The notes beneath the pieces were generated by a model that was not told where the DNA came from, made no database searches, and saw only the letters and a program-made list of their open reading frames with translations. From an uncultured delta proteobacterium (GTDB lineage: Bacteria; Desulfobacterota; Desulfobacteria; Desulfobacterales; JAHEIW01): DNA of 64,000 nt. The stretch covers positions 320,001-384,000 of the forward strand of contig CAVPNL010000004.1 of assembly GCA_963706575.1 (NCBI GenBank). Direction: 5' to 3'. The position numbers and the translations under genes are program-made. Shown in pieces: positions 50,123 to 60,868 of the stretch. The stretch's first letter is position 1. Every line of letters starts with the position of its first letter.

Positions 50123-51721
50123 ATGGACACTCATGGGGAAAAAACCGGAATATTCGCTAAAAAAGGGCTTTGGATCGGAATCGGCACCGGTATTTTTATA
50201 TTGATTGCCTTTATTTTGCCCACACCCCAGTCGCTTCTCGAGGTGATGGAAAAATACGGGTATGTCGAAAAGATGATCGACTGGGAAATCGCCCATAATG
50301 CCAAAGAAGCTGCCGCTAAAACCATGATCGTACTGGGGATTGTGCCCATGGCGGTCGTCTTTTTTGCCATCGAGGCGTTGCCGATCGGGGTGACGGGCAT
50401 CCTGATGCCGCTGATGGCCTATTTTTTCGGGCTGCTGCCGTTTAACATGATCGGCAAGACCTTTGCGGGGGATGCGCCGATGTTCATGCTGGGCGTTTTT
50501 GCCCTGGGAGCCACGGTGGTGGAGGTGGGTTTTCATAAACGCCTGGCGGTCTGGCTGCTGGGATGGACCAAGGGGTTCTGGGTTCCCATGATCGTGCTGT
50601 GCATCAGTATGTCGATTGTGGGATCGTTTATGTCGGCCCCTGCCATGTGTTCTTTTATGGTGCCGGTGATGATGGCGGTCTATTACGGATCGGTGAAGGC
50701 CACCAGCCCGGAGGGGGAGGTGGTTCACGATCCGGCGCTGGCCAAATATCTGCTTTTTTCCCTGTGTTTCGCGCTGAATATGGGCGGGCCCGGAACCCCC
50801 TCGGCCGGCGGGCGCAATGTGATCATGATGGGTTTTTTTACCGAATACGGCATACCGATCACCTATTCGGGCTGGATGAAATACGGCTGGCCCCTGGTGC
50901 CGCTGGGCAGCGCCATGTTGTTGCTCTATATGGCGACTCTTTTCAGTAAAAAGATTAAGACCCGGGATCTCACCCCCGGGCTGGAGCACATCAAGGAAGA
51001 GACGCGCAAAATGGGCAAAATGAAATATCCCGAGTATGTCACGGCCGGCACGCTTTTTGTCATTGTGGCCCTGTGGATATTCGGCGGCGAAGCCACGGGA
51101 TTGGGCGGTCCGGCGCTGCTGGCCCTGGTCATTCCGGTCTTGTTCAAGACCGTCAAATTTGAACAGATCATTGAGCGTATTTCCTTTAATGCCTGGTTCA
51201 TGTACTGCGGGGCGCTGACCCTGGGCGCCCTTCTCAAGGAAAGCGGCGGCGCCCTGTGGCTGGCGACCACCTTTCTGAACGCGCTGTCGCAGGTCGGCAT
51301 GGATCAGGGTTACGGGCTGTGGCTCGGAATGTCCGCTTTCTCGGGTCTGGTTACCAATTTTATGTCGGATGCGGCCACCGTGGCCCTTATCGGACCCATT
51401 GTGGTCCCCATGGGGATTATGACTAAGGTTGCCGGCGAGCCCTGGGCCATCGGCATGGCCGTAGCACTGGCATCATCCTATGCCCATTTCCTGATTGTGG
51501 GATCGCCCGCCAATGCGCTGACATTTGCGCTGGGGGTTTATCCGGATACAAACAAGCGGGCTCTTGAAGCCATTGATTTTGTAAAATACGGTTTTGGATT
51601 TTTTATACTGTCGATGCTGCTGCTCTGGATCATTGGATTTCTGGTGGTCTATCCCATCGTTGGTTTTCCGGAGGGAATTCTCGAGCAGGCCACCCAGGTG
51701 CTGCAAAGTACGACGAAGTAG
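50123..51721 (+). CDS. SLC13/DASS family anion transporter
   Basis: EALPIGVT, GGPGTPSAGGRN, TNFMSDAA, GSPANA; many TM helices. Confidence 0.88.
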   Translation: MDTHGEKTGIFAKKGLWIGIGTGIFILIAFILPTPQSLLEVMEKYGYVEKMIDWEIAHNAKEAAAKTMIVLGIVPMAVVFFAIEALPIGVTGILMPLMAYFFGLLPFNMIGKTFAGDAPMFMLGVFALGATVVEVGFHKRLAVWLLGWTKGFWVPMIVLCISMSIVGSFMSAPAMCSFMVPVMMAVYYGSVKATSPEGEVVHDPALAKYLLFSLCFALNMGGPGTPSAGGRNVIMMGFFTEYGIPITYSGWMKYGWPLVPLGSAMLLLYMATLFSKKIKTRDLTPGLEHIKEETRKMGKMKYPEYVTAGTLFVIVALWIFGGEATGLGGPALLALVIPVLFKTVKFEQIIERISFNAWFMYCGALTLGALLKESGGALWLATTFLNALSQVGMDQGYGLWLGMSAFSGLVTNFMSDAATVALIGPIVVPMGIMTKVAGEPWAIGMAVALASSYAHFLIVGSPANALTFALGVYPDTNKRALEAIDFVKYGFGFFILSMLLLWIIGFLVVYPIVGFPEGILEQATQVLQSTTK

Positions 51722-51943
51722 ACTCAAAGCGTCAATGAAATCCTGTAAACAGTCGAATCGAAGTTTTCTTTATTCAGTTTTGCATCGCGCGGCTTTTAAA
51801 ATCGCCAAAAGCATGGAGGGAAAATTGACCTTTTCTTATTCAGGTGGAACAATACACCATCAATTATTCCCGGCAACACTCAGATATGCAGTTCCAAAAA
51901 TCTTTGCACAGGCATCAGAGCACATCGGTAAGGAGGGATAGCT

Positions 51944-52969
51944 ATGACAGTGCCATCCATTATGTTGGTGGACGATGAGGTTTCCTTTGTGGAAACCATG
52001 GCCAAACGGCTGACCAAAAGAAAGTTTGCCACCATTACGGCCTTCAGTGCTGAAGAAGGTCTGGAAAAACTGGCAGCCAATCAAAATCTCGATGTTATTG
52101 TCCTGGATATTAAGATGCCCGGAATGAATGGGATAGCAGCGTTGAAACAAATAAAAAAGATTTCTCCCCTGACAGAGGTCATTATGCTGACGGGACATGC
52201 CACCATAGAATCGGCCATCGAAGGCATGAAACTGGGGGCTTATGATTTTCTGAGGAAACCGTGCGATTTTGAAGAACTGGTCGGTAAGCTGGAGGGCGCT
52301 GTCAAAAAGAAACAGGCGCATGAGGAAAAGATCGATGCCTGGAAAAGCTTTATGAAATCCTCCACATTAAAAGGACTAATGGTTCCGCTGGAAGAATATG
52401 CGACTGTTTCTGAAGATGCAAACATCCTTGAAGCGATCAATGCCTTAGAAATTGCCCAGAAAGCTTTTGATCCGAAACGCTACCGCCACAGAGCTGTTCT
52501 GGTGATCGATAAGAAAAATCGGGTGGTCGGCAAGCTCAGTCAGCACGATATCATCCAGGCCCTGGAACCGCAATACAAGGAATCTAAAGCGCATAAAAAA
52601 GGCGCTCTTGAGCATTTAGGATTCAGCCAAAAATTCATAGAATCCGTTTCGCTTCAATACAGGGAGTGGGATAAACCTCTGCAGAATCTATATAATAAAG
52701 CGCTCGATCAAAAAGTTAAATCGTTTATGTATAAACCCACCGAAGGCGAATACATTAACCTGTCGGCAACCATGAATGAAACCATTCACCAACTCATCAT
52801 CGGCAAACATCATTCCCTGCTGGTAACCGACGGCTCTGTCATCGTGGGCGTCGTGCGCCTGACAGATGTTTTCGAGTTTATTTGTCTTCGCCTGAAAACC
52901 ATGCAGCTTGCTGCTGGTAGCGAAGAAAAAGCGAACGGCGACGAAGCTCCCGATCGGGCAGGAGGGTAA
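51944..52969 (+). CDS. Receiver-CBS fusion protein
   Basis: LVDDE...LDIKMPG...LTGH...KP, then a CBS pair paralogous to 49490. Confidence 0.88.
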   Translation: MTVPSIMLVDDEVSFVETMAKRLTKRKFATITAFSAEEGLEKLAANQNLDVIVLDIKMPGMNGIAALKQIKKISPLTEVIMLTGHATIESAIEGMKLGAYDFLRKPCDFEELVGKLEGAVKKKQAHEEKIDAWKSFMKSSTLKGLMVPLEEYATVSEDANILEAINALEIAQKAFDPKRYRHRAVLVIDKKNRVVGKLSQHDIIQALEPQYKESKAHKKGALEHLGFSQKFIESVSLQYREWDKPLQNLYNKALDQKVKSFMYKPTEGEYINLSATMNETIHQLIIGKHHSLLVTDGSVIVGVVRLTDVFEFICLRLKTMQLAAGSEEKANGDEAPDRAGG

Positions 52970-53077
52970 GGAGAAGACGCGGTATCATAGCCCTGGCAAC
53001 GTGTGATCAAAGTTGTGAATATTGTTTTTTCTATTCGCTTTTCGGACCCATTCGGATTGTGAGGTGAAACAGAAAAT

Positions 53078-54843
53078 ATGGATGAACAGATTTCATCAAA
53101 AAGGCAAACCTGGCATGAAACCTTAAGAACATTGCTCTCGGATGAGCATACCATTATGGTCCTGCTGGGTATTGTCGTCGGGGTGGCAGGCGGCTACGGA
53201 GCGGTCGGATTTCGCTACCTTATCAATTTTATTCAGTCGATTGCATACGGATCATCGGCTGAATTGCTTGAGGTTATTGAATCGGTCCCATGGTATATGC
53301 GGATTGCCATTCCTGCCATCGGCGGATTAATCGTGGGTCCCATCGTCTATTTTTTTGCCAGGGAAGCCAAGGGGCACGGCGTTCCGGAGGTCATGTATGC
53401 CGTTGCCCTTAAACAGGGAATCATAAGAAAGCGCATTGTTTTCATCAAGGCCCTGGTATCTGCTGTTTGTATTGGAACCGGCGGCTCGGTTGGAAGAGAG
53501 GGCCCCATTGTTCAAATCGGCTCTGCTGTCGGGTCGACTCTGGGGCAATTATTTAACGTTTCGGCCAATCGAATGAGAACCATGGTCGGTTGCGGCGCTG
53601 CCGCGGGTATCGCGGCCACTTTCAACGCCCCTATTGCCGGCTCCATTTTTGCCCTTGAAATCATTCTTGGCGAATTTGAAATTACCAGTTTCAGCCCCAT
53701 CATCATCTCTGCCGTTTCGGCCACGGCGATTTCACGCCATTACCTTGGGGATGTCCCGGCCTTTATTCTCCCGGAATATATCCTCCACAGCCCCCTGGAA
53801 TTTCCCCTTTACGCTATTTTGGGTGTAGTGTGTGCCCTGGTTGCCGTCGGTTTTACTTTGATTTCTCTATCGCAGCCGAAGATGCCTGGGACGGCATTAA
53901 GTTTCCAGAATATTTAAAGGCTGTTTTAGGGGGATTGATCATGGGAACCATGGGGCTTGTTTTCCCCCAGGTACTAGGTGTCGGTTACGGCGCTATTGAT
54001 CTGGCGCTAATGGTAAAGCTTTCCTGGTGGTTCATGGGTCTGCTGGTTCTATTTAAAATACTGGCAACCTCCATTACGATCGGGTCGGGAGGTTCCGGCG
54101 GAATTTTCGCTCCTTCACTTTTCATGGGTGCTATGGCGGGAGGCGCTTTTGGCGGCATTGTTAATTACTTGTTCCCCTCAGTGGCAGCCTCGCCGGGCGC
54201 TTATGCTGTGGTCGGCATGGGGGCGGTTGTGGCTGCGACGACCCATGGCCCCTTGCAGGCGATATTGATTATTTTTGAGATGACCGGCGACTACAAAATA
54301 ATTCTGCCACTGATGATAACTTGCATTATCAGTTGCCTGATTGCGCGAAAGCTGTGTCGTGAATCTATCTATACCTTTAAATTGATCAGAAGGGGAATAA
54401 ACATCAGAGGGGGCCAGGAGGTCAATATATTAAGTTCAATTAATGTAAAAGACGTAATGTATCACACAGTCGAAATCATACCGGAGACTTTTCTCCTGCA
54501 GGATCTGGCAAAAAAACTGCCTCAAAGCAGATCAAACAATTTCGTGGTCGTGGATGAAAATGAGAGAATCACAGGTGTACTCACATTTCTGGATTACTAT
54601 GACAAGTTATTCAATGAAAAGTTAGATGATCATATGATGGTAAAAGATATCATGACGACAGATGTGGCCACTGTATCAATAGAAGATAATCTCAGCACGG
54701 CTATGGAAAAAATCTCAATTGGGGATTACTCTATCCTGCCTGTCGTTTCAGTGGAAGATCCCTTAAAAATGGTCGGTATCATGACGCGCAGGGATATTCT
54801 GGAAGCCTACGACCAGGCTGTGATTAAGAGAGCGTTGAATTAA
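53078..54843 (+). CDS. CLC chloride channel with CBS domains, frameshifted near 53860-53875
   Basis: GHGVPE, GGSVGREGP, FNAP in frame 1; GGSGGIFAP and CBS pair in frame 2. Confidence 0.85.
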
Positions 54844-54992
54844 AAGCCGGGCGTGCTTTAATTTAGAATAAAGCGCTGACCGCAAACATATATTCATTAC
54901 GCATGCTCCAAAGCAGTCGAAGCGCGAATTAAGTTGCTAACACGGCTATCCGGATTAATTTTTTAGGTGAGCGGCGGTAAGGAGGAAAACCT

Positions 54993-55439
54993 ATGACAGC
55001 GCCATTCATTATGTTGGTGGACGATGAAGTTTCTTTTGTGAAAACCGTGGCCAAACGGCTGGCCAAAAGAAACATTAAGACCCTTACGGCCTTCAGCGCT
55101 GAAGAGGGCCTGGAAAAACTAAAAGAAAACCAAGACCTCGATGTTATTGTTCTGGATGTCAAGATGCCGGGCATGAACGGGATAGATGCACTGAAAGAGA
55201 TAAAAACGGTATCACCATTGGTTGAGGTCATTATGCTGACCGGACATGCAACGATTGAATTGGCAGTTGATGCCATGAAATTGGGGGCTCATGATTTTCT
55301 AATGAAACCGTTTGAAATCGAAGAGCTTGTTCTCAAAATGCAAGAAGCTGCTGATAAAAAACAACAGCACGAAGAAAGGATCAAAAAAGCTTTAAAAGAA
55401 GAAACCCTAGCAAAGTATGGTCCATTCTATTATACATAA
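54993..55439 (+). CDS. Single-domain response regulator
   Basis: LVDDE, LDVKMPG, LTGH, KP. Confidence 0.9.
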   Translation: MTAPFIMLVDDEVSFVKTVAKRLAKRNIKTLTAFSAEEGLEKLKENQDLDVIVLDVKMPGMNGIDALKEIKTVSPLVEVIMLTGHATIELAVDAMKLGAHDFLMKPFEIEELVLKMQEAADKKQQHEERIKKALKEETLAKYGPFYYT

Positions 55440-55612
55440 ACGCTGTTTTAACCTGCGGTTTTTCTGACACAATTCAGAGCGCGAACGGTCACAAGGCCCT
55501 TTTATAATTTAAAAAGAACAACAGATTGTCAAATGTTGCGGACAACATTGAAGTTAGAATTTCTGAACGATGACATACAGGCATTCGATAGCAGCGGTAA
55601 GGAGGGATAGTC

Positions 55613-56047
55613 ATGACGGCACCTTTCATCTTGTTGGTGGACGATGAAGTTTCTTTTGTGAAAACCATGGCCAAGCGCTTGGCTACCAGAAACATTGAAA
55701 CGATAGCAGCCTTCAGCGCTGAAGAGGGTCTGGAAAAACTAAAAATGAATCAAAACCTCGATGTTATTGTCCTGGATGTCAAGATGCCGGGTATGGATGG
55801 GATTGAGATGTTAAGAAAAATTAAGGCTGGATTTTTCAGGCCGGAGGTCATTATGCTGACCGGTCACGCCACGATCGAATTAGGCATTAACGGCATGAAA
55901 CTGGGGGCTTATGATTTTCTCACCAAACCGTGTGATATCGAAGAGCTTGTCAAAAAAGTGGAGGAAGCGACCAAAAAGAAAAGGGCACATGATAACAAGA
56001 TAGAGGATGCCGAGCGCAAGAAACTTTTGTCGAAATATGAACCGTAG
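55613..56047 (+). CDS. Single-domain response regulator
   Basis: LVDDE, LDVKMPG, LTGH, KP. Confidence 0.9.
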   Translation: MTAPFILLVDDEVSFVKTMAKRLATRNIETIAAFSAEEGLEKLKMNQNLDVIVLDVKMPGMDGIEMLRKIKAGFFRPEVIMLTGHATIELGINGMKLGAYDFLTKPCDIEELVKKVEEATKKKRAHDNKIEDAERKKLLSKYEP

Positions 56048-56355
56048 CTTTTTCAAATAAATTTCACACCTTCATAGCCGTTACGGGGTTTACCTGCTAA
56101 TACGGATCATTTCCACACCCCATCTTTTTTTTGACCGCTCTGCATGCTATTTTTTGGGATACGATACATTATCGAATTGACGAACAAAAGCAATAAGGCA
56201 CCGTCAGGGCCGCCGCTAAAACGCGATGTCGACAGCCACGGAATTATTTGCTACTATCAGGAAAATAATTTTTTTTCCCCAAACAATAAGCCTATTGCAA
56301 ACCATTTCTAAACAAATATCTTTAAAATACGTTTCAGCATTACCCAAAACTGCTT

Positions 56356-58059
56356 ATGGATGAAGATAGAACATCCAAAAAACCGTACCGCAGAGATTTC
56401 ACCAGAAATATGGTGTTGTTTGTTATCGTTGTTTCGTTTGTACCCATGCTCTTGGTCAGTGGTATGCTCCTTTATGAATACAGTATCTCCTACCATGAGA
56501 AACTATATGCCCACCTGAAAGAAGTGGTTCACAGACACGCTCAAGACATCGATAGTTTCTTGCGCGAGAGACTAAACAACCTTCAGTTTCTGTTAGATTC
56601 CTGCCAGAATGAAAACTTTCTTGATGAAATGGTTCTGCAAGAGAAGCTCTTCCAGCTTCAGCAAAAATATGAAGGTGTATTTGATGACTTAGGCCTTATT
56701 AATGAAAACGGCGTGCAGGAAGCCTATGCCGGGCGGTTCAGTCTGGGAAAAGCAGAGTATTCAGATGTGAAATGGTTCCAGGAGGCGCGCCAAAAGCCGT
56801 ATTACATCAGCGATGTTTTTCTCGGACTCCGTTCAAGGCCGCATTTCATCGTGTCCGTGAAAACCTTGCAGCAAGGCCGGTATTTTTTACTGAGATCCAC
56901 TATCAATTTTGAAGCATTCAATTCGCTTGCGGAAAACCTTCGTATCGGTAAAACCGGCTTTGCCTTTATTCTGAACCGGAAAGGAGATTTCCAAACAAAA
57001 CCGCATTACGATATGTTGTCGACCAACAAATCGTATATGGATTTTATAAAAGCGGGTAAGAAAGCCCAGCACGGTATATATATTGGTGAAATTCAGGGTT
57101 CCGCCGGCATCGCGCAGGCCATATATCTGGCGGCCCTTCTGAAAAACGACGATTGGATTTTAGTGTACCAGCAGGAAAAGAAGGAAGCCTTTTCAGATTT
57201 GATCCGTACGCAAATTGTTGCAGTAGTGATTCTTTTTCTCGGGGCGTTGCTTATTGTCATTATGAATGTGATTTTGTTCCATAAAGTAATCAACCATATT
57301 ACGGAAGTGGATCGGGAAAAAGAAATGATGAACCGGCAGATAATCGAAACCGGAAAATTGGCATCCGTGGGCCGGCTGGCGGCCGGAACTGCGCATGAGA
57401 TCAACAACCCGGTGGCCATTATGGTTCAAGAAGCGGGATGGATAGAAGATCTGCTGCAAGAAGAGGAATTTCGAGAGGGAAAAAATCTGAAAGAAATCCA
57501 ACGTGCGCTGAAACAGATTGCAAGCCAGGGAAAACGCTGTAAAGAAATCACCCATAAACTATTGAGTTTTGCCAGAACATCGGACACGCAAATACAGAAC
57601 CTCCAGATAAACGAAATAATTAAAGAGGTCGTTGAGATTTCCGACAAGACTTCTTACACTGGAATCTCCATCAATACGCATCTGGATGATAAAATACCTT
57701 CGATCTACGGATCCCAGACCGAGATACAACAGGTTCTGCTGAATCTAATCAATAATGCCCTGTACGCCCTGGGAAAAGATGGTGGTAAAATCGACATCTC
57801 CAGCCGTCTGGCAGACCGTCATGTTTTGGTCACCGTTGAAGATGACGGCCCTGGAATTCCGGAAGCTAACCTCGACCGAATTTTCGACCCATTTTTCACC
57901 ACCAAGCCGGTGGGAGAGGGCAACGGACTGGGCTTATCCATCTGTTTTGGAATCATCCAAAGAATGGGTGGCGAAATAGAAGTCACCAGTACCGTCGACG
58001 TGGGAACCCGTTTTGAAATCCGGTTTCCCCTGAAAAAAACCAATGGACTTAAAATCTGA
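56356..58059 (+). CDS. Membrane sensor histidine kinase (Cache-like periplasmic domain)
   Basis: Two TM segments, AHEINNP, NLINNA, DDGPGI, FDPFFTTK, GLGLS. Confidence 0.93.
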   Translation: MDEDRTSKKPYRRDFTRNMVLFVIVVSFVPMLLVSGMLLYEYSISYHEKLYAHLKEVVHRHAQDIDSFLRERLNNLQFLLDSCQNENFLDEMVLQEKLFQLQQKYEGVFDDLGLINENGVQEAYAGRFSLGKAEYSDVKWFQEARQKPYYISDVFLGLRSRPHFIVSVKTLQQGRYFLLRSTINFEAFNSLAENLRIGKTGFAFILNRKGDFQTKPHYDMLSTNKSYMDFIKAGKKAQHGIYIGEIQGSAGIAQAIYLAALLKNDDWILVYQQEKKEAFSDLIRTQIVAVVILFLGALLIVIMNVILFHKVINHITEVDREKEMMNRQIIETGKLASVGRLAAGTAHEINNPVAIMVQEAGWIEDLLQEEEFREGKNLKEIQRALKQIASQGKRCKEITHKLLSFARTSDTQIQNLQINEIIKEVVEISDKTSYTGISINTHLDDKIPSIYGSQTEIQQVLLNLINNALYALGKDGGKIDISSRLADRHVLVTVEDDGPGIPEANLDRIFDPFFTTKPVGEGNGLGLSICFGIIQRMGGEIEVTSTVDVGTRFEIRFPLKKTNGLKI

Positions 58060-58095
58060 AGACCGATCAGTACAAACATCGCTAAATCCGGGAGA

Positions 58096-58491
58096 ATGAA
58101 ATTGGGTGAAAACCAGGACGCTAACGAGAAGAAGATTAAAGTTCTTCTTGTAGATGATGAAAAAAGTTTTGTCGAAGTGCTCCATAAGAGATTGAGCAAA
58201 AGAAACATGGATGTCACAAAGAGTTTCAGTGGTGCGGAAGGCATTCAAGCCCTTCGCAAAGAGGATTATGATGTTGCGGTTTTAGATTTAAAAATGGAAG
58301 ATATGGACGGATTAGAAGTGCTCAAAATATTTAAGACAATGTACCCTAAAATGGAAGTCATTATACTAACCGGCCATAAGTCGGAGCAGGCAGCGCGTGA
58401 AGTATTGAAATACGGAGCCTTCGCCTACCTGACGAAACCATGTGCTTTTGAAAAATTGCTCGATACAATTGCAAAAGTCATTCATGATTAA
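58096..58491 (+). CDS. Single-domain response regulator
   Basis: LVDDE, LDLKME, LTGH, KP. Confidence 0.9.
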   Translation: MKLGENQDANEKKIKVLLVDDEKSFVEVLHKRLSKRNMDVTKSFSGAEGIQALRKEDYDVAVLDLKMEDMDGLEVLKIFKTMYPKMEVIILTGHKSEQAAREVLKYGAFAYLTKPCAFEKLLDTIAKVIHD

Positions 58492-58583
58492 AAGCTTCAT
58501 CGCTGACCGCATTATTTTCTGCCTGTTTAATTTCATGCTTTAATGATCTAATTAAATGATGATTATGGTCCAACGGAGGACCC

Positions 58584-59732
58584 ATGCTTAAACCCGGTGC
58601 TTTAGATGGAATAACGGTAATCGATCTTTCCCGCCTCCTGCCGGGGCCTTATTGCTCAATGATTCTTGCCGACCATGGTGCCCGGGTGATCGCAGTTGAA
58701 AACAAGCGCTTTATGGCCGACGGCCTCTTTTTCAATACCATTAACCGCAACAAAGAGCACATGTCGCTCAATTTGAAAACCGACGCCGGCCAGCAGATTT
58801 TTTTCAAATTAATCGAGAAGGCTGACGTTCTTATGGAAGGCTTCCGGCCCGGCGTGGTCGATCGGCTCAGCGTTGACTATGAAAGCGTTCGAAAAGTGAA
58901 TCCTAAAATTGTCTATTGCTCGATATCCGGCTACGGCCAGGATGGGCCCTTTCGCGATCGGGTCGGCCATGATGTCAATTATTTAAGCTTCTCCGGTGTT
59001 TTAAACCTGATCGGCGAACCGGACCGCCCGCCCTCGATTCCGGGAATCCAGATCGCCGATGTTGCCGCCGGAGGCATGAATGCTGCCATTGGAATTCTTT
59101 TGGCCCTTTTCGCCCGTGAAAAAACCGGCAGGGGTCAATACATCGACATCTCCATGACAGACGGCATGGTGGGCTTTTTACCGGTGGCGCTTTATTTTCA
59201 GCAACTGACCGGCAAAGACCCCCGGCGGGCCGATGCGCCGCTCTCTCACCGCTACGCGTGCTACAATACCTATGAAACCGCCGACGGTCGGTTTCTATCC
59301 ATTGGCGCCGTGGAGAATCGTTTCTGGAAAAGGCTATGTGAGCATTTCGGGGTTCCGGAATATGCCACGCTGCAATATGATGACAGCCGCCGCAAGGAAA
59401 TTTTGGAATTTATGCGCTCCACCTTTAAGAAAAAAACCCTGGATGAATGGACGAATGAACTGGCGGATCTGGAAATATGCTGGGGTCGGGTTCAGACCTT
59501 TTCAGAAGTGCTGGATGATCCCCTTTTCCGGGAACGCGAAATGTTTTTAGAATTGCAGGGAAAAGCCGGCGAGAAGCAGGCGGCAATCGGGGTGCCCGTT
59601 AAGTTAAGCGATACACCGGGCTCCGTGCGAAGTGCAGCCGACGATTTTGGCGAAAGCACTCCCTCGATACTCAAGGAACTGGGATACACACAAGATCAGA
59701 TATCGGAGTTTACAAAGAATGATGTAATTTAA
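58584..59732 (+). CDS. CaiB/BaiF family CoA transferase
   Basis: DLSRLLPGP, NRNK, EGFRPG, SISGYGQDGP, GHD. Confidence 0.93.
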   Translation: MLKPGALDGITVIDLSRLLPGPYCSMILADHGARVIAVENKRFMADGLFFNTINRNKEHMSLNLKTDAGQQIFFKLIEKADVLMEGFRPGVVDRLSVDYESVRKVNPKIVYCSISGYGQDGPFRDRVGHDVNYLSFSGVLNLIGEPDRPPSIPGIQIADVAAGGMNAAIGILLALFAREKTGRGQYIDISMTDGMVGFLPVALYFQQLTGKDPRRADAPLSHRYACYNTYETADGRFLSIGAVENRFWKRLCEHFGVPEYATLQYDDSRRKEILEFMRSTFKKKTLDEWTNELADLEICWGRVQTFSEVLDDPLFREREMFLELQGKAGEKQAAIGVPVKLSDTPGSVRSAADDFGESTPSILKELGYTQDQISEFTKNDVI

Positions 59733-59870
59733 ATATAGGTCAAAGGAGTCAATCAGATTGTAACAAAAAATTTAGGAATTGCGAATTTAGGAATTGAGGA
59801 ATTTAAAAGTGAAAAGTTCCTATTTTGAATTTTTAAATATAAAAATTATTCAGGGGTTGCGGGATTTTAC

Positions 59871-59986
59871 CGTCATGCCTGCGCCACGCAGGCATCCAGG
59901 CTTCGTCTCCGCGCAGAGTCTGCCCCCGTGAAGATGGGGGCGGAGATCCAAACAATTTCTGGATTCCCGCCTGCGCGGGAATGACA
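59871..59986. repeat. REP/dRS3-like palindromic element with nested hairpins
   Basis: cgtcatgcctgcg...gcaggcatccag ... ctggattcccgcctgcgcgggaatgac. Confidence 0.7.
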
Positions 59987-60102
59987 AACTTGAAATTAAA
60001 AAGTCCCCCGATCCCTGATTTAATTGAAGGCGCCTGGATCTTCGAAGGTCCTTATCAATAGACATCGGTTAACGAATAACAAACAACCAGTAACAATTAT
60101 TT

Positions 60103-60750
60103 TCAGACCATAGACTTCAATGTGGCCAATTCAAGCTGGTCTCCGGAATCTTCCGCACGGTCGGAAACTTCGACAATCGAATCCAGGCACAGCTTCAAAT
60201 GGGCCTGGTGAGCAAAGTCCAACTCGGAATTGAAGATTTCCTTGGTCAGATCCCATTCGAGTTTATCAACCCGGGATTCCTGCAGGCCGATTTCTCTGGT
60301 GTGATCACGCACCGTTTCAATACTGCAATCGCCCTTTAGGTAACACAGTACCGCAAGTTTCAGAGAATCGATGATCCCCAGAGATTCTTTACCCACATCA
60401 AGAAAATGAGGCTTCAATTCATCGGAAATCAAGGGCCGTTGATTGAGGAAAAAATCACTGCAGGCCTCGGCCGCATTGCCGACTTTGTCAATGCTCTCAA
60501 CGAGTTTATAGACATCTTCCCTGAGAAGCGGTAAATAGGCGCCGCGATAAAGTTTGTCGCGGATTTCATAGCGGATGATATCAGCCTCCGATTCATTGCT
60601 GCGGGTTTTGCGCGCCCAAACTTTAGCCTCACTGATGTTGCCATCGAGATAAAATTCAATTGTTTCCAGACTACCCTTTATGGTCTTTTCGGTAACATCC
60701 AGGTGTTTTAAAATAAGTTCGATAACCTCTTTTTCCTTTTTAAATAACAT
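60103..60750 (-). CDS. DUF47 (PhoU-like) phosphate transport regulator
   Basis: ESEADIIR, LPLLRED, SDRAED; downstream of PiT. Confidence 0.88.
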   Translation of the reverse strand: MLFKKEKEVIELILKHLDVTEKTIKGSLETIEFYLDGNISEAKVWARKTRSNESEADIIRYEIRDKLYRGAYLPLLREDVYKLVESIDKVGNAAEACSDFFLNQRPLISDELKPHFLDVGKESLGIIDSLKLAVLCYLKGDCSIETVRDHTREIGLQESRVDKLEWDLTKEIFNSELDFAHQAHLKLCLDSIVEVSDRAEDSGDQLELATLKSMV

Positions 60751-60868
60751 CTTGCGCTCTCCTTTGACAAGTGTGCGCGGAACTTAACCAAAATCCGCAC
60801 TGAATTGAGTATGCGGTATTCCCCCGGGCTAAAAACATCGTTTTGCCATATATTGTTAGCTTCAGATC

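Noticed and set aside
50078..50989. 303-aa antisense ORF (and similar long antisense ORFs at 11726, 12785, 22224)
   Set aside because: Opposite well-supported genes; typical GC-codon shadow frames.
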